From contig NC_090409.1 in NCBI RefSeq assembly GCF_036365525.1, positions 21,338,437 through 21,402,436 on the forward strand: DNA of 64,000 nt, in the 5' to 3' direction. The position numbers and the translations under genes were made by a program. Each line of letters opens with the position of its first letter. The stretch's first letter is position 1. Source of the DNA: Heterodontus francisci. Taxonomy: Eukaryota. Shown in pieces: positions 52,502 to 64,000 of the stretch. The notes below the pieces were generated by a model, which was given only the letters and a program-made list of their open reading frames with translations, was not told the DNA's origin and made no database searches.

Positions 52502-52850
52502 GCGGCACAGTGGTGCAGTGGTTAGCACCGCAGCCTCACAGCTCCAGGGACCCGGGTTCGATTCCAGGTACTGCCTGTGTGGAGTTTGCAAGTTCTCCCT
52601 GTGTCTGCGTGGGTTTTCTCCGGGTGCTCCGGTTTCCTCCCACAAGCCAAAAGACTTGCAGGTTGATAGGTAAATTGGCCATTATAAATTGTCACTGGTG
52701 TAGGTATGTGGTAGGGAAATATAGGGACAGGTGGGGATGTTTGGTAGGAATATGGGATTAGTGTAGGATTAGTATAAATGGGTGGTTGATGTTCGGCACA
52801 GACTCGGTGGGCCGAAGGGCCTGTTTCAGTGCTGTATCAATCAATCTAAC
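52502..52850 (+). mobile_element. HE1-like SINE, young
   Basis: gcggcacagtggtgcagtggttagc...gggttcgattcc; inverted relative to the 51804 copy. Confidence 0.93.
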
Positions 52851-53554
52851 CCAACAAGTCTGAGGGTATGACGCTGTAAACTTGATCGGGGCATCGGTAG
52901 GGGAGCCCTTTGGTGGGACTTCTTCTATTTCTGTTAGATTTGGGCATGTTATGGAAAAGGACAATGATAAAACAGGAATAACAGTTTGCAATAGGGTAAG
53001 AAAGCATTTTTAGCAGACGGAGATGTGATTTACGTAATGTGGACTGGAGACTTCTACTTGAAGATATATCAGTGTCAGACTAATGTGCGGTATTCAATAA
53101 AGATCTAGTGTAAGAAATGGTTGTCTAATACCTTTATAAAATATTAAGATACGTTATTGAACATTCTCGAAATAATTCTCTATCTCTCTCTTATTAAGAA
53201 ACATTCTATAATGATCCGCTGGCCCGACAGACACGGGACGGTGTATGACTGATATCTCTGCCACTGATATGAGTGTAGTGCAGGATCTGAAAGCAGACAT
53301 TCCTACAGATGATATGATGGACCTCGTATCCCATCTAGACGACATTTTGACAGAAATTTGAAAACGTTGACGAGCAAGTGAACAGCCACAAGACGACTTT
53401 TGGGGCAGAATTATGGACATGGGAGGTGCTAACTTCAGTACCTGTCCCTTCATGAATCGGCAATTTGAATAGTACAACTGATTAACATGCGATATCCTTC
53501 AGTCCTTAGAAATAAGTACATCAACAGGTGCACAGGACTTTTTTTTTGTTTCAG

Positions 53555-55160
53555 TCCTCGGATTCGGACGTCCAGTTATTGCCCATCCCTATTTGCCATT
53601 GAGAAGGAGGTGGCGAGATGCCTCCTTGAACGGCTGTAGGCCTTGTGGTCTAGATTCTCTCACAGTGAAGTTAGGAAGAGAGTTTCAGGATTTTGACCCA
53701 GTGACAGTGCAGGACCGGCAATACAGTTCAAAGTCAGGATGGTGTGTCACTTAAAGGGGAACTTGCAGTTGTTGCTGTTTCCATACATCTGCTGCCCTTG
53801 TTGTTCTAGATGGTAATGGTCGCGAGTTTCACTCTCGCTTCACGTCTGAAGTTCTGCTCCCTTGTCCATGTTTGGAAAAAACTGTAATGAGGTCAGGACC
53901 TGAGTAGTCCTGGTGGAACACTAACTGAGCGTCAGTGAGCAGGTTATTGCTGAGAAAGTGTTGCTTGATAGCACTGTCAACGATCCCTTCCATCACTTTG
54001 CTGCTGGTCTACAGTAGAATGATAGGACGTTTTTTGGCCGTGTTGGATATGCCCTGTTTTTGTATGTAGAGGACATATATGGGCAATTTTCTAAATTTTC
54101 GTGCAGATGCCAGTGATTTAGCTGTACTGGAAGAGCTTCTCTAAGTGTGCTGCTCGTTCTGGAGCACAAGTCTTTCAGACAACAGTTGGAATATTTCACG
54201 GCCAATAGCTTTTGCAGTATCCAATGCCGTCAGCTGTTTCTTGATATCAGTTGAAATGAACTGCATTGACTGAGGACTGGCATTTGTGATTCTGAGGACT
54301 TCAGGAGGAACCCGAGATGAATCATCCACTTAGCACTTCACGCTGTATGTGGAATCAAATTCTTCAGTCTTGTCTTTTGCATTGAAGTGCTGGACTCCCT
54401 CATCGTTGAAAAAGAGGATATCGGTGGCGCCTCCTCCGCTTGTTAGTTGTTTAATTGTCCACCACCATTCTCAACTGGATGTGGCAGGACTTCAGAACTT
54501 AGATCTGATCCCTTGGTTGTGGGATTGCTATCCCTGTCTATCACATGCAAATTCTGCTGTTTGGCATGCAAGTAGTTCTATGTTGTAGCTTCACCAGGCT
54601 GACACCTCATTTTTAGATATGCCTGGCATGTGCTCCTGTACTCTTCATTGAACCAGGTTTGGTCCCCCATTGATGTTAATGGTAGAGTTGGCGATATGCC
54701 GAGACATGAGTTTATAGATTGTTGTCGAGTACAATTCTGCTGCAGCTGATAGCCCACAGCGCCTCATTGATGTCGAGATTTGCTTTGTTAGACCTGTTCA
54801 AAATCTATCCCATTTAGCCCGGTGTTAGTGCCACACAACACGATGGTGGCAATCTTCAATGTGAAGGCATGACATCGTCTCCACAAGGACTGTGCGCCGG
54901 TCACTCCTGCTAATACTGTCATGGGGGACAGTCATGGACAGATGCATCTGGGACAGATATATTAGTGTTGACGTGTTCAACTATGTTTTTTCTTCTTTTG
55001 CTTGTTCCCTCAGCACCTGCCACAGACCCAATCTAGCAGATGTGTCCTTTATAACGCCAGCTCTGTCAGTAGTGGTGCTACTGAGCTCCTATTGATGAAG
55101 GACCCCAACCAGAGTGCATTCTAAGCCCTTGCCACCCTCAGTGTTTCTTACAATTGGTAT
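53555..55160 (-). mobile_element. Second CR1/L2-group LINE family, internally deleted
   Basis: ITNASPQSMQFISTDIKKQLTALDTAKAIG; 3' end matches 56850-57080 and 30005-30200. Confidence 0.75.
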
Positions 55161-55702
55161 TTCACATTCATCAGCTATGGATGTAAATCTTCAGTCTTCT
55201 TCAGATAGAAGGAGAGAAGGAAAGCTTTCCGAAGTGAAGTCTATGCTGGCTTCTGCCTAATATTTTGGTTAGCTCAAGAAGGCTGAGGATCCTGAGGGCC
55301 ACAAAAACTTCACCTGCCCCACCTGTTGGGAAGACTGCCACCACTGTTCTTCACCACTTGTGATCTGGGATCAGTAAGCCATTCAACCTGTTATGGTTGT
55401 ATGTATTTCTCTCCAAATAGCTGAGGAATCATCATATTTTAACTGCTGCTTCTTTTAAACTAGTTTCAAAATGCATATAACATAACCTCCCTTTATATAA
55501 TCTGCGACTAACCAATCAAATCTTAGAGTAATGTCATTATGGGAATTTACACTGGTCAAGTCTTTAAATTCGGGTGGCAGTGACGAACCAAGCTCGTCCA
55601 CTAAGGTCAAGCAAGAAGTCACGAGCTCGAACACGGACAGGCCCATTTTCCCTGCCGAACCTCGGGCTCTGGAAAGGGACTTTAGGGTGACAGGAACAGT
55701 TA

Positions 55703-56612
55703 AACATAAGGAGCATGAGTAGGCCATTCGGCCCTTGGAACCTACTCCAACATTCAATACGATCATGCTTGATCATCCAAACTTAGTACCCTGCTCCCGC
55801 TTTCTTCCTGCATCCCTTCATCTCTTTAGCCCTAAGACCTATATCTAACTCTTTCTTGAGCATGTTTAATGATTTGGCCTCAACTGCTTTCTGTAGGAGA
55901 GAATTCAACAGGTTCACCACTCTCTGGGTCAAGAATTCACTCGTCCTATCAGGCCCTGAGGATTTGTCAGCCTTCAATCCCATCAATTTCCCCAACACCA
56001 TTTCCCTACTAATTCTGATTTCATTCAGTTCCTCCTGCTCACTAGACCCTATGCTCCCCAACATTTCTGGGAGGAAATGTGTGTCCTCCTCTGCGAAGAC
56101 AGGACCAACGTATGCATTTAATTGGTCTGCTATTTCTTCGTTCCCCATTATAAAATCCCCCGTTTCTGACTGTAAGGGACCCACATTTGTCTTGACTAAT
56201 CTTTTTTCTGTTCACATATCTCTAGAATCTTTTACAGTCTGTTTTTTTCATGTCCTCTGCAAGCTTACTCCCATGCTCTGTTTTCCCCTGTTTTAATTAA
56301 TCCCTTTGTCCTCTTTTGCTGAATTCTAAACTGCTCCAAATCCTCAGGTTTGTTGCTTATACTGGTCATTTTATATTTCTCCTCCTTGGATCTAATAGTG
56401 TCCCTGATTTATTTTGCAAGCCATGGTTGAGTCACCCTTCCTGTTTTATTTTTGTGCCAGACAGGAATGAACAACTGTTGTAATTCATCCATACGCTCTT
56501 TAAATGCTTGCCATTTCCTATCTTCTGTCACCCCTTTAAGTAACGTTCTCCAATCCATCATAGCCACCTCGCACCTCATAACATCGTAGTTTCCTTTATC
56601 TAGATTCAGGAT
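55703..56612 (-). mobile_element. CR1 with large internal deletion
   Basis: LNLDKGNYDVMR...PWL; GLKADKSSGPD joined almost directly to FLTQRVVNL, so the RT core is missing. Confidence 0.85.
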
Positions 56613-56849
56613 TTTAGACAGTAAATATGAATACTGACCCCTCCTCCTCACACCAAAATGCAGAATTTTAAAAATCTCAAACCTAGAGTCGGAGAAAGGT
56701 GAACTTAAAGAGTTATTCGTAGCTCCATTCTCCCTATAGTTAAGACCGAGAAATGGAGCAGAATATTTGGACTGAAGGTACGCTTGAGATAGAGGATGAC
56801 CTTTCATCTACACTATCTGGAAGTCCATCATCTACAAGGCCATACATCA

Positions 56850-57085
56850 AGGCACCACTGCAAGTTCCCGTCCAAGTCACACACCACCCTGACTCTGAAG
56901 TATATCGCAGTTTCCTCATTGTCGCTCTGTCAAAATTCTGGAACTCCGTTCCTAACAGAACCGTGGCTGTACCTGCGTCCCGAGGACTGCAGCAGTTCAA
57001 GAAGTTGGCTCACCACCACGTTCTCGAGGGCAATTAGAGATTATCAATAAATGCTGTGCTAGCCAGGGGCGCCCACTTCCCACGC
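56850..57085 (+). mobile_element. 3' end of the second LINE family
   Basis: SKFWNSVPN...GLQQFKKLAHHHVLEGN; aataaatgctg tail. Confidence 0.75.
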
Positions 57086-58913
57086 ACGAGGAAAACAGGA
57101 GGGAACTTAAGAAGGAGAATATTGACTTTCACCATATTACTGTTAACAGGAAACAGATCCCCACTGAAAGCACGAGATCGTTTGTGGATAGGCTCGATGA
57201 TTACTACCAGCAAACGAGAGTTGAAGGGGCCTCTTTCTGAATGGCCTCTAGCGCATTTGTTAGTTATAATGTAAAGGCAATGCCCTTGGGATGATTTGCT
57301 CCCCATTCCAATTCGACCGGGGAACAATTCTCTATAAACGTTGTCTGAGCACCCACGAATTCGAAGGTACTGGTCGTCAAATTCCAATTCCATCACCAGA
57401 AATCTGGTCCACCAGGAACTCAGTGCTGAGAAGGGACACCGCGTTATGCTGTATTAATTACAGGCACCTGGACCACTGTGCCTGTGACTGATACAATGGG
57501 CCCATTGTGGAGGCTGACAACAACAGTGAACCCTGTTGCCCTCACCGCCCCCCGCTCCTCCTCCTGTGTCGCTGATTTCTGATCCCATCGAGCAGTGGCT
57601 TGAAAGGATGGAGGCAAAAATAGAGATCATGCAAATTAGCAACAGAGCTTGGCCTGTTGCTGTGGTGCATCAGGTACCTGGGCAATTACCTCCAAACCTC
57701 ATGTGACTCAAACAGGCCTCTGTCAGAGAGGTGGTTTCCCTTTTCCAAAAGGATGACAGTTGGACACGCGCAGTCTGCACTATTGATATGGGAGGCCTTT
57801 TATCCATAACTCATAGACAGGAATATGGAAACATGACTGAGCTAGGCGATGTTATCAGACCAGTACATGTTCCTATGAAGCAGTACCCTCACCCAGTGAG
57901 CGTATAACATATATTCAAGTCATTGTTAAAGGAGGGCACTGTTTGGAAACATTCAACATTAGAAATTCGGTTTCAAGGAAAAGTTAAAAAGTTTGAAAAC
58001 AGGTGGAGTTTAATCTAAAATGCTCCCTTCCCTGACCAAACAGTTTTCCTTTCAAGTTGATAACGTTAGGACTGATTTTTTTTTGTTGCTTCCAATTCCC
58101 AAGAATTAAATAAATAATAATAAATAAACCTTGGGTTTATGGGTAAAAAGGGCTCCCACACTTGGAAAAATCGTATAAATTTATTCATTGGCCATTACTA
58201 AATTTCGAATTTCTAGATTGACAGATTGGGCATATTAACCATTGGGTTCTTAAGCACAGCAGAATCATTGATGTTTTGTTTTTTTTCTCTTCAACGGGTG
58301 ACAATGGATTCCCGAACCACATGACTCCTGACACCGCCGCTAGAAATCAATGTCACAAATTATTGACTATGTGAAAGAACGACTTTGCGACTTTGCCTTT
58401 TAAAAATTTGGCTCTAACACACATGTCATTTTCCAAGATGAAGTACTGGAGAAGGGAAGGTATGGAAACCACCTCGAAACGTTAAACCAACGAGCCTGGG
58501 CATAATTATTTGTGAGATTTAATTAGGTAAAATATATTGATGTGAGTTACTATTCCAGGATTTCAGAGCAAAACAAGTTACCTGGATTTTAAGGCGACAA
58601 TCAATTTTTCATTAAGCAAATTACTGAAAAGCAGTCCAGGTGGTTACTGGAGGCGGTACAGTGTAGATTTATGAGGATTTTGCCAGGAATGGAGAACATG
58701 CGTTATGAGGAAAGATTGGATAGGCTAGCCTTGTATTCTTTGGAACAGAACAGACCGTAGGGATACTTAATTGACGTGTGTAAATGTTTGAGAGGTCTAG
58801 ATAGATTGGATAGAAAGACCTATTCCCTTTTTTGAGGGGTATTGGAAAAACGTAAGGGATTGAATCTGGTATATCGCCAAGGCCTGATGGCCTGCACGCT
58901 AGAGTTCAAGACT

Positions 58914-60322
58914 CCCCTTGTTCAAGAAGGGCAGTAGAGACAGCCCTGGTAATTATAGACCTGTGAGCCGTACTTCAGTTGTGGGTAAAATGTTGGAAAA
59001 GGTTATAAGAGATAGGATTTATAATCATCTTGAAAAGAATAAGTTCATTAGAGATAGTCAGCACGGTTTTCTAAAGTTTAGGTCGTGCCTCACAAACCTT
59101 ATTAAGTTTTTTGACAAGGTGACCAAACAGGTGGATGAGGGTAAAGCCGTGGATGCGGTCTATATGGATTTCAGTAAGGCGTTTGATAAAGTTCCCCACG
59201 GTAGGCTATTGCAGAAAATACAGAAGTATGGGATTGAAGGTGAATTAGTGCTTTGGATCAGAAATTGGCTAGCTGAAAGAAGACAGAGGGTGGTGGTTGA
59301 TGGTAAATGTTCATCCTGGAGTATAGTTTCTAGTGGTGTACCGCAAGGATCTTTTTGGGGCCACTGCTGTTTGTCATTTTTATAAATGACCTGGATGAGG
59401 GTGTAGAAGGGTGGGTTAGTAAATTTGCGGATGACCCGAAGGTCGGTGGAGTTGTGGATAGTGCCAAAGGATGTTGTAGGTTACAGAGGGACATAGATAA
59501 GCTGCAGAGCTGGGCTGAGAGATGGCAAATGGAGTTTAATGCGGAAAAGTGTGAAGTGATTCACTTCGGAAGGAGTAACAGGATTACAGAATACTGGGCT
59601 AATGGGAAGATTCATGGTAGTGTAGATGAGCAGAGAGATCTTGGTGTCCAGGTACATAAATCCCTGAAAGTTGCCACCCAGGTTAATAGAGCTGTTAAGA
59701 AGGTATATGGTATGTTAGCTTTTATTAGTAGGGGGATGGAGTTTAGGAGCCACGAGGTCATGCTGCAGCTGGACAGAACTCTGGTGCAGCCGCACCTGGA
59801 GTATTGCATGCAGTTCTGGTCACCGCATTATAGGAAGGATGTGGAAGCTTTGGTAAAGGTGCAGAGGAGATTTACTAGGATGTTGCCTGGTATGGAGGGA
59901 AGGTCTTACGAGGAAAGGCTGAGGGACTTGAGGTTGTTTTCGTTAGCGAGAAGGAGGAGAAGAGGTGACTTAATAGAGACATATAAGATAATCAGAGGGT
60001 TGGACAGGGTGGATAGTGAGAGCCTTTTTCCTCGGATGGTGATGGCAAACACGAGGGGACATAGCTTTAGGTTGAGGGGTGATAGATATAGGACAGATGT
60101 CAGAGGTAGTTTCTTTACACAGAGAGTAGTAGGGGCGTGGAACGCCCTGCCTGCAACAGTAGCAGACTAGCCAACTTTAAGGGCATTTAAGTGGTCATTG
60201 GATAGACATATGGATGAAAATGGAATAGTGTAGGTCAGATGGTTTCACAGGTCGGCGCAACATCGAGGGCTGAAGGGCCTGTACTGCGCTGTAATGTTCT
60301 ATGTTCTATGTTCTATGTTCTA
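58914..60322 (+). mobile_element. Young-subfamily CR1, 5'-truncated, (TTCTATG)n tail
   Basis: PLFKKGSRDSPGNYRP to the 3' end; frameshift near 59355. Confidence 0.97.
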
Positions 60323-60329
60323 TAACTGC

Positions 60330-61900
60330 AGATATAGTATATGGGCTAGCAATGATTGTGCAAAATTCCTTAGATTTGCGAGTGTTTGCATCAGATTTGA
60401 TGTTGGCAAATGTTACACCGCTTTTCAAGAAAGGATGGAGGAATAAAACAGAGAACTACAGGACAGTTAGCCTAACATCAATCGTTGGGAAAATGCTATA
60501 ATCTATTATTAAGGAAGTCGTAAAAATGCACATAGAAAAGTACAGTATGATTGGAAGACGTCAATATGGGTTTAATAAAGGGGAATCCTGTTTAACAAAT
60601 TGATCACAGTTTTTCGGCAATGTACCTAGCAGGGCAGATAAGAGGGCGGTGGGTGGGTGGGGGGTGGGGGGGGGGTGGGGGTGAGGGGGGCACTCTAGAT
60701 ATAGAGTACCTGGATTTCCAAAAGGATTCGATAACGTGCCACACAAAAATGTTGATTGGCAAGATAAGGTTTCATGGAGTTGGGGTAACATATTAGCATG
60801 GATAGAGGATTGGTTAACAGACAGGAAGTAGTGAGTGGGCATAAATGGGGCATTTTCAAGTTGACAGGCAGTAACTTGTGGACTGCCACAAGAATCACTG
60901 CTGGGGCCTCAGCTATTTACGATCTATATTAATTACTCAGATGAAGTGACAGAGAATAATGTGTCTCAGTTTGCTGATGACACAAGGGAGGTGGATAGGT
61001 AAGCTGTGCGGAGGGCAGAGAGAGGTTGAAAAGATATATAGCAGGTTAAGTGGGTGTGAAGCACGATGGCAGATGGAGTATAATGTAGGAAAGTATGATG
61101 TTATGCACTTTGGTCATAACAATATAAAAGGAGAGTATTTTTATATGTTGTGGAACTTTTAAATATTGATGTTCAGAGAGACTTGAATATGCTTGTACAA
61201 GGAACACAGAAAGTTAGCATACCTGTACAACAAGCAATTAGGAAGGCAAGTGGCCTTCATTGCAAAGGGATTGCAGTGATGGAAAAAATAAATTTTGCTA
61301 CAATTCTACACGGTTTTGGTGAGACCACATTGCAATACTGTTTGCAGTTTTCTCCTCCATGTTTAAGGAAGGATATTCTTGCATTGGCAGCAATGCAGAA
61401 CAGGCTTACTGGATTTGAGCCTGGAATGAAGGCGCTGATCTATGATGAGAGATTAGATAAATTGGGCCTGTATTTCCTGGAAATCAGCCAATGAGAGGCG
61501 ATCTGATTGAAACATATAAGATCTTAAAAGGGTTGTCAAGAGTAGTAACTGAAAGATTATTTCCGCTGGTCATGGAATCTAAAACACCGCGCCACAGACT
61601 TAGGATAAGGCACCAATCTTTTAGGACTAATATGACGGTTAATTACTACACTCAAAGAGTTGTGAATATTTGGAATTCTCTATCCCAGAGGGTTGTGGAT
61701 GCTTCATCATTGACTACATTTAAGGCTGATCCAGACAGATTTTTGGTCATTCAGGAAATCAAGGGGAAAAACCAGCGGGCAGCAAATTGGAGTTCAATAT
61801 TAAGATCAGTAATGATCGATTTGAATGGTGGAGCAGGCTCGATGGGTCATGTGGTCCATTCCTCCTCCTATTTCTTGTGTTCTTGTGTTCTTGTGTGCAT
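60330..61900 (+). mobile_element. Old CR1 RT and 3' end
   Basis: ANVTPLFKKG...NYRTVSLTS; RGDLIETYKILKG; ttcttgtg tail. Confidence 0.85.
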
Positions 61901-62136
61901 GACCAGGCGGCATAGAATTCGGGTACGAGGTAAAATATTTATAGGGTCTTTGAGGGTTTTTTTCCACCAGAGGGTGGTCAGAATCTCGAGCAAGGGTTAT
62001 TGAGGCAACATTTCACATAAAAATTAAAGTTCAAAACAAGTACGTGGATAAGCACTGGAAGTGCCATACACTTCAAGGACCAAGAGCTGGAAAGTAAGTT
62101 TTATGCAGGATGGCTAATTTTCATCTGCTGCAGCAC

Positions 62137-62612
62137 GATGTTGCCTGGTATGGAGGGCGCTAGCTATGAAGAGAGGTTGAGTAGATTAGGATTATTTTCA
62201 TTAGAAAGACGGAGGTTGAGGGGGGACCTGATTGAAGTGTACAAAATCATGAGAGGTATAGACAGGGTGGATAGCAAGAGGCTTTTTCCCAGAGTGGGGG
62301 ATTCAATTACTAGAGGACACGAGTTCAAAGTGAAAGGGGAAAAGTTTAGGGGGGATATGCGTGGAAAGTTCTTTACGCAGAGGGTGGTGGGTGCCTGGAA
62401 TGCGTTGCCAGCGGAGGTGGTAGATGCGGGCACGATGGCGTCTTTTAAGATGTATCTAGACAGATACATAAATGGGCAGGAAGAAAAGAGATACAGACAC
62501 TTAGAAAATAGGCGACATGTTTAGATAGAGGATCTGGATTGGCGCAGGCTTGGAGGGCCGAAGGGCCTGTTCCTGAGCTGTAATTTTCTTTGTTCTTTGT
62601 TCTTTGTTCTTT
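62137..62612 (+). mobile_element. Short young CR1 3' end (different subfamily), (TTCTTTG)n tail
   Basis: MLPGMEGASYEERL...FFTQRVVGAWNALP; gggccgaagggcc. Confidence 0.95.
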
Positions 62613-63043
62613 GATAGGCCAGATTGCTTCCCTCCATTCTGTAAATTTATATGATTCCGAATTTTGTTAATTCCCCTATCATGTGAAAACACAATATCAG
62701 GTTCCCCGTGCGCAGATGACTTCCAGTTCTCCCTCACTCCACCACTTCCCTGTCTCTGACGAGATGAAATTGGCTGCCACCTAATAGTGTGACAACTGAA
62801 GCCCTTACTTCTAATTACCACGATAAACTCTGTTCTATAATTACCGACTCCACCACATTCTGTGGCAACTGTCTGAGGCTCCAACAGGGCGTGTTGCAAA
62901 CTCGATGACACATTTAATCCCGAGATGAATTTCAAATTACAGATACATTCCATTACCAAGACCACAGTCTCCATTGGACCATTGCCTGCCTTTATCCCTG
63001 CCTCAGTTACTCAACTGTTGAAACGCTTCTCCTACCACTTGCT

Positions 63044-63257
63044 TGAGTTTCAGTTTAAAGTAACTTACCTTTTGTTTCGGCAGCTTTTTTTTTAAGCAAC
63101 GACAGTGCGAGCGAGGTGGCAGCTGGGAAGGTGAGTTTCAGTATAAAGCAACTTACCTTTTGTTTCGGCAGCTTTTTTTTGAAGCAGCGATAGTGCGAGC
63201 GAGGTGGCAGCTGGGAAGGTGAGTTTCAGTTTAAAGTAACTTACCTTTTGTTTCGGC
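63044..63257 (+). repeat. 88-bp tandem repeat, ~2.4 copies, in the CR1 5'UTR
   Basis: tgagtttcagt... starts at 63044, 63132 and 63220. Confidence 0.92.
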
Positions 63258-63443
63258 GTACACGGGGACAGCTGGGTAAGTAAACTTATATATTCGGGCA
63301 GTGGCTAAACACGAAACACTACACGTGTAGTGTCTCCCACCCATCCTCCTCCTCTAACCAAAAAAAAGGACTCTTGTGTGGAGGGTTTGGTAAGGTAAGG
63401 TTTTCCTTTTTATCTAATCTCTTGTCAATTTAATGCGGAGGGG

Positions 63444-64000
63444 ATGGAAGCTAGGGCAGTTGCATGCTCCGGTTGCAGGATGTGGGAGATGAGGGTCACC
63501 ACTTGTGTCCCTGCTGACTTCACCTGTGAGAAGTGCACCCAACTCCAGCTCCTCGCAGACCGCATTAGGGAACTGGAGCTGGAGCTGGGTGAACTTCGGA
63601 TGATTCAGGATGCTGAGGGGGTGATAAAGAGCAGTTACAGGAAAGTAGTGACACCTAAGTTACAGGATAAAGGTAGCTGGGTGACCGTCAGGGGAGGGAA
63701 AGGGAATAGGCGCACAGTGCAGGGATCCCCTGTGGCCGTTCCCCTCAATAATAAGTATACCGTTTTGGATACGGTTGGGGGGGACGACCTACCAGGGGAA
63801 AGCCACAGTGGCCAGGTCTCTGGCACTGAGCCTGGCTCAGTGGCTCACAAGGGAAGGGGGGAGAATACGAGAGCGATAGTGATAGGAGATTCAATGGTTA
63901 GAGGAACAGACAGGAGATTCTGCGGTCGCCAATGAGACTCCCGGATGGTATGTTGCCTCACGGATGCCAGCGTCAGGGATGTCTCGGATCGAGTCTACAG
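63444..64000 (+). pseudogene. CR1 ORF1 (Zn-finger/leucine zipper + SGNH esterase-like) with a premature TGA at 63933-63935
   Basis: CSGC...CEKC, IRELELEL, IVIGDSMVRG; the frame continues DSRMVCCL after the stop. Confidence 0.88.

Larger units (their letters stand above)
63044..64000 (+). mobile_element. 5' end of a CR1 element (5'UTR + ORF1), running off the window
   Basis: 88-bp tandem repeats, then ORF1 from 63444. Confidence 0.9.

Noticed and set aside
52502-52575. tRNA-like sequence with A and B boxes
   Set aside because: SINE head that continues into the SINE body; not a tRNA gene.
53245-53361. Protein-looking short plus ORF MTDISATDMSVVQDLKADIPTDDMMDLVSHLDDILTEI
   Set aside because: Only 38 aa, with no splice context or recognisable homology.
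53442-53477. 36-nt AG/GT unit open in phase 1 (VVLFKLPIHEGT)
   Set aside because: No pyrimidine tract, weak donor (gtactg) and no heptad character; likely chance.
57690-57719. 30-nt AG/GT unit (EACLSHMRFG) on minus
   Set aside because: Length and composition differ from the array and the acceptor tract is short; no other support.
58582-58623. 42-nt AG/GT unit on minus
   Set aside because: Contains a stop codon in phase 1 and sits beside CR1 debris.
63044-63257. Regularly spaced repeats resembling a CRISPR array
   Set aside because: Units repeat in full with no unique spacers, in a eukaryotic LINE 5'UTR.

Overview
This is vertebrate intronic DNA, almost certainly from a shark or other cartilaginous fish, judged from HE1-like and Deu-domain SINEs and shark-type CR1 and Penelope elements. 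Most of the window is layered retroelement debris: many CR1 LINEs, L2, RTE, Penelope-like elements, three SINE families and a small hAT-like MITE. Most ORFs in the supplied track are pieces of these elements or their antisense shadows. The track misses a minus-strand host gene made of at least 16 symmetric phase-1 micro-exons (seven of 36 nt, eight of 27 nt, one of 18 nt) spread from 50255 down to 6865, each with canonical AG/GT ends. Spliced in order they give a stop-free, roughly 162-codon coiled coil: (E)LIKLKESLEEA|EQNQTLREK|EYKVRLQNC|KDETEEKEL|ALQNTLKKIEAL|EEKVKA|DEMSLEKLR|ELEKMKGEFQQL|EMTLNQKLK|ELDTLKESLQDI|EQQLSQKEK|ECNALKESCRDS|DQKLSRKEK|EVENLEKQVSDL|EERLQMKDK|GLENLRQSLKDT. The repeating unit is a 36+27 = 63 nt exon pair, equal to 21 aa or three heptads. 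I found no start, stop or globular-domain exon, so the gene is not named; butyrophilin/BG-like tails and CD23-like lectin stalks are architectural analogues only. Other notable items are an RTE insertion with a twin-priming 5' inversion and 11-bp TSD, a CR1 ORF2 broken only by a homopolymer frameshift, a SINE-in-SINE-in-Penelope nest, and a CR1 5'UTR with 88-bp tandem repeats. All calls were made by eye; TE boundaries are approximate.
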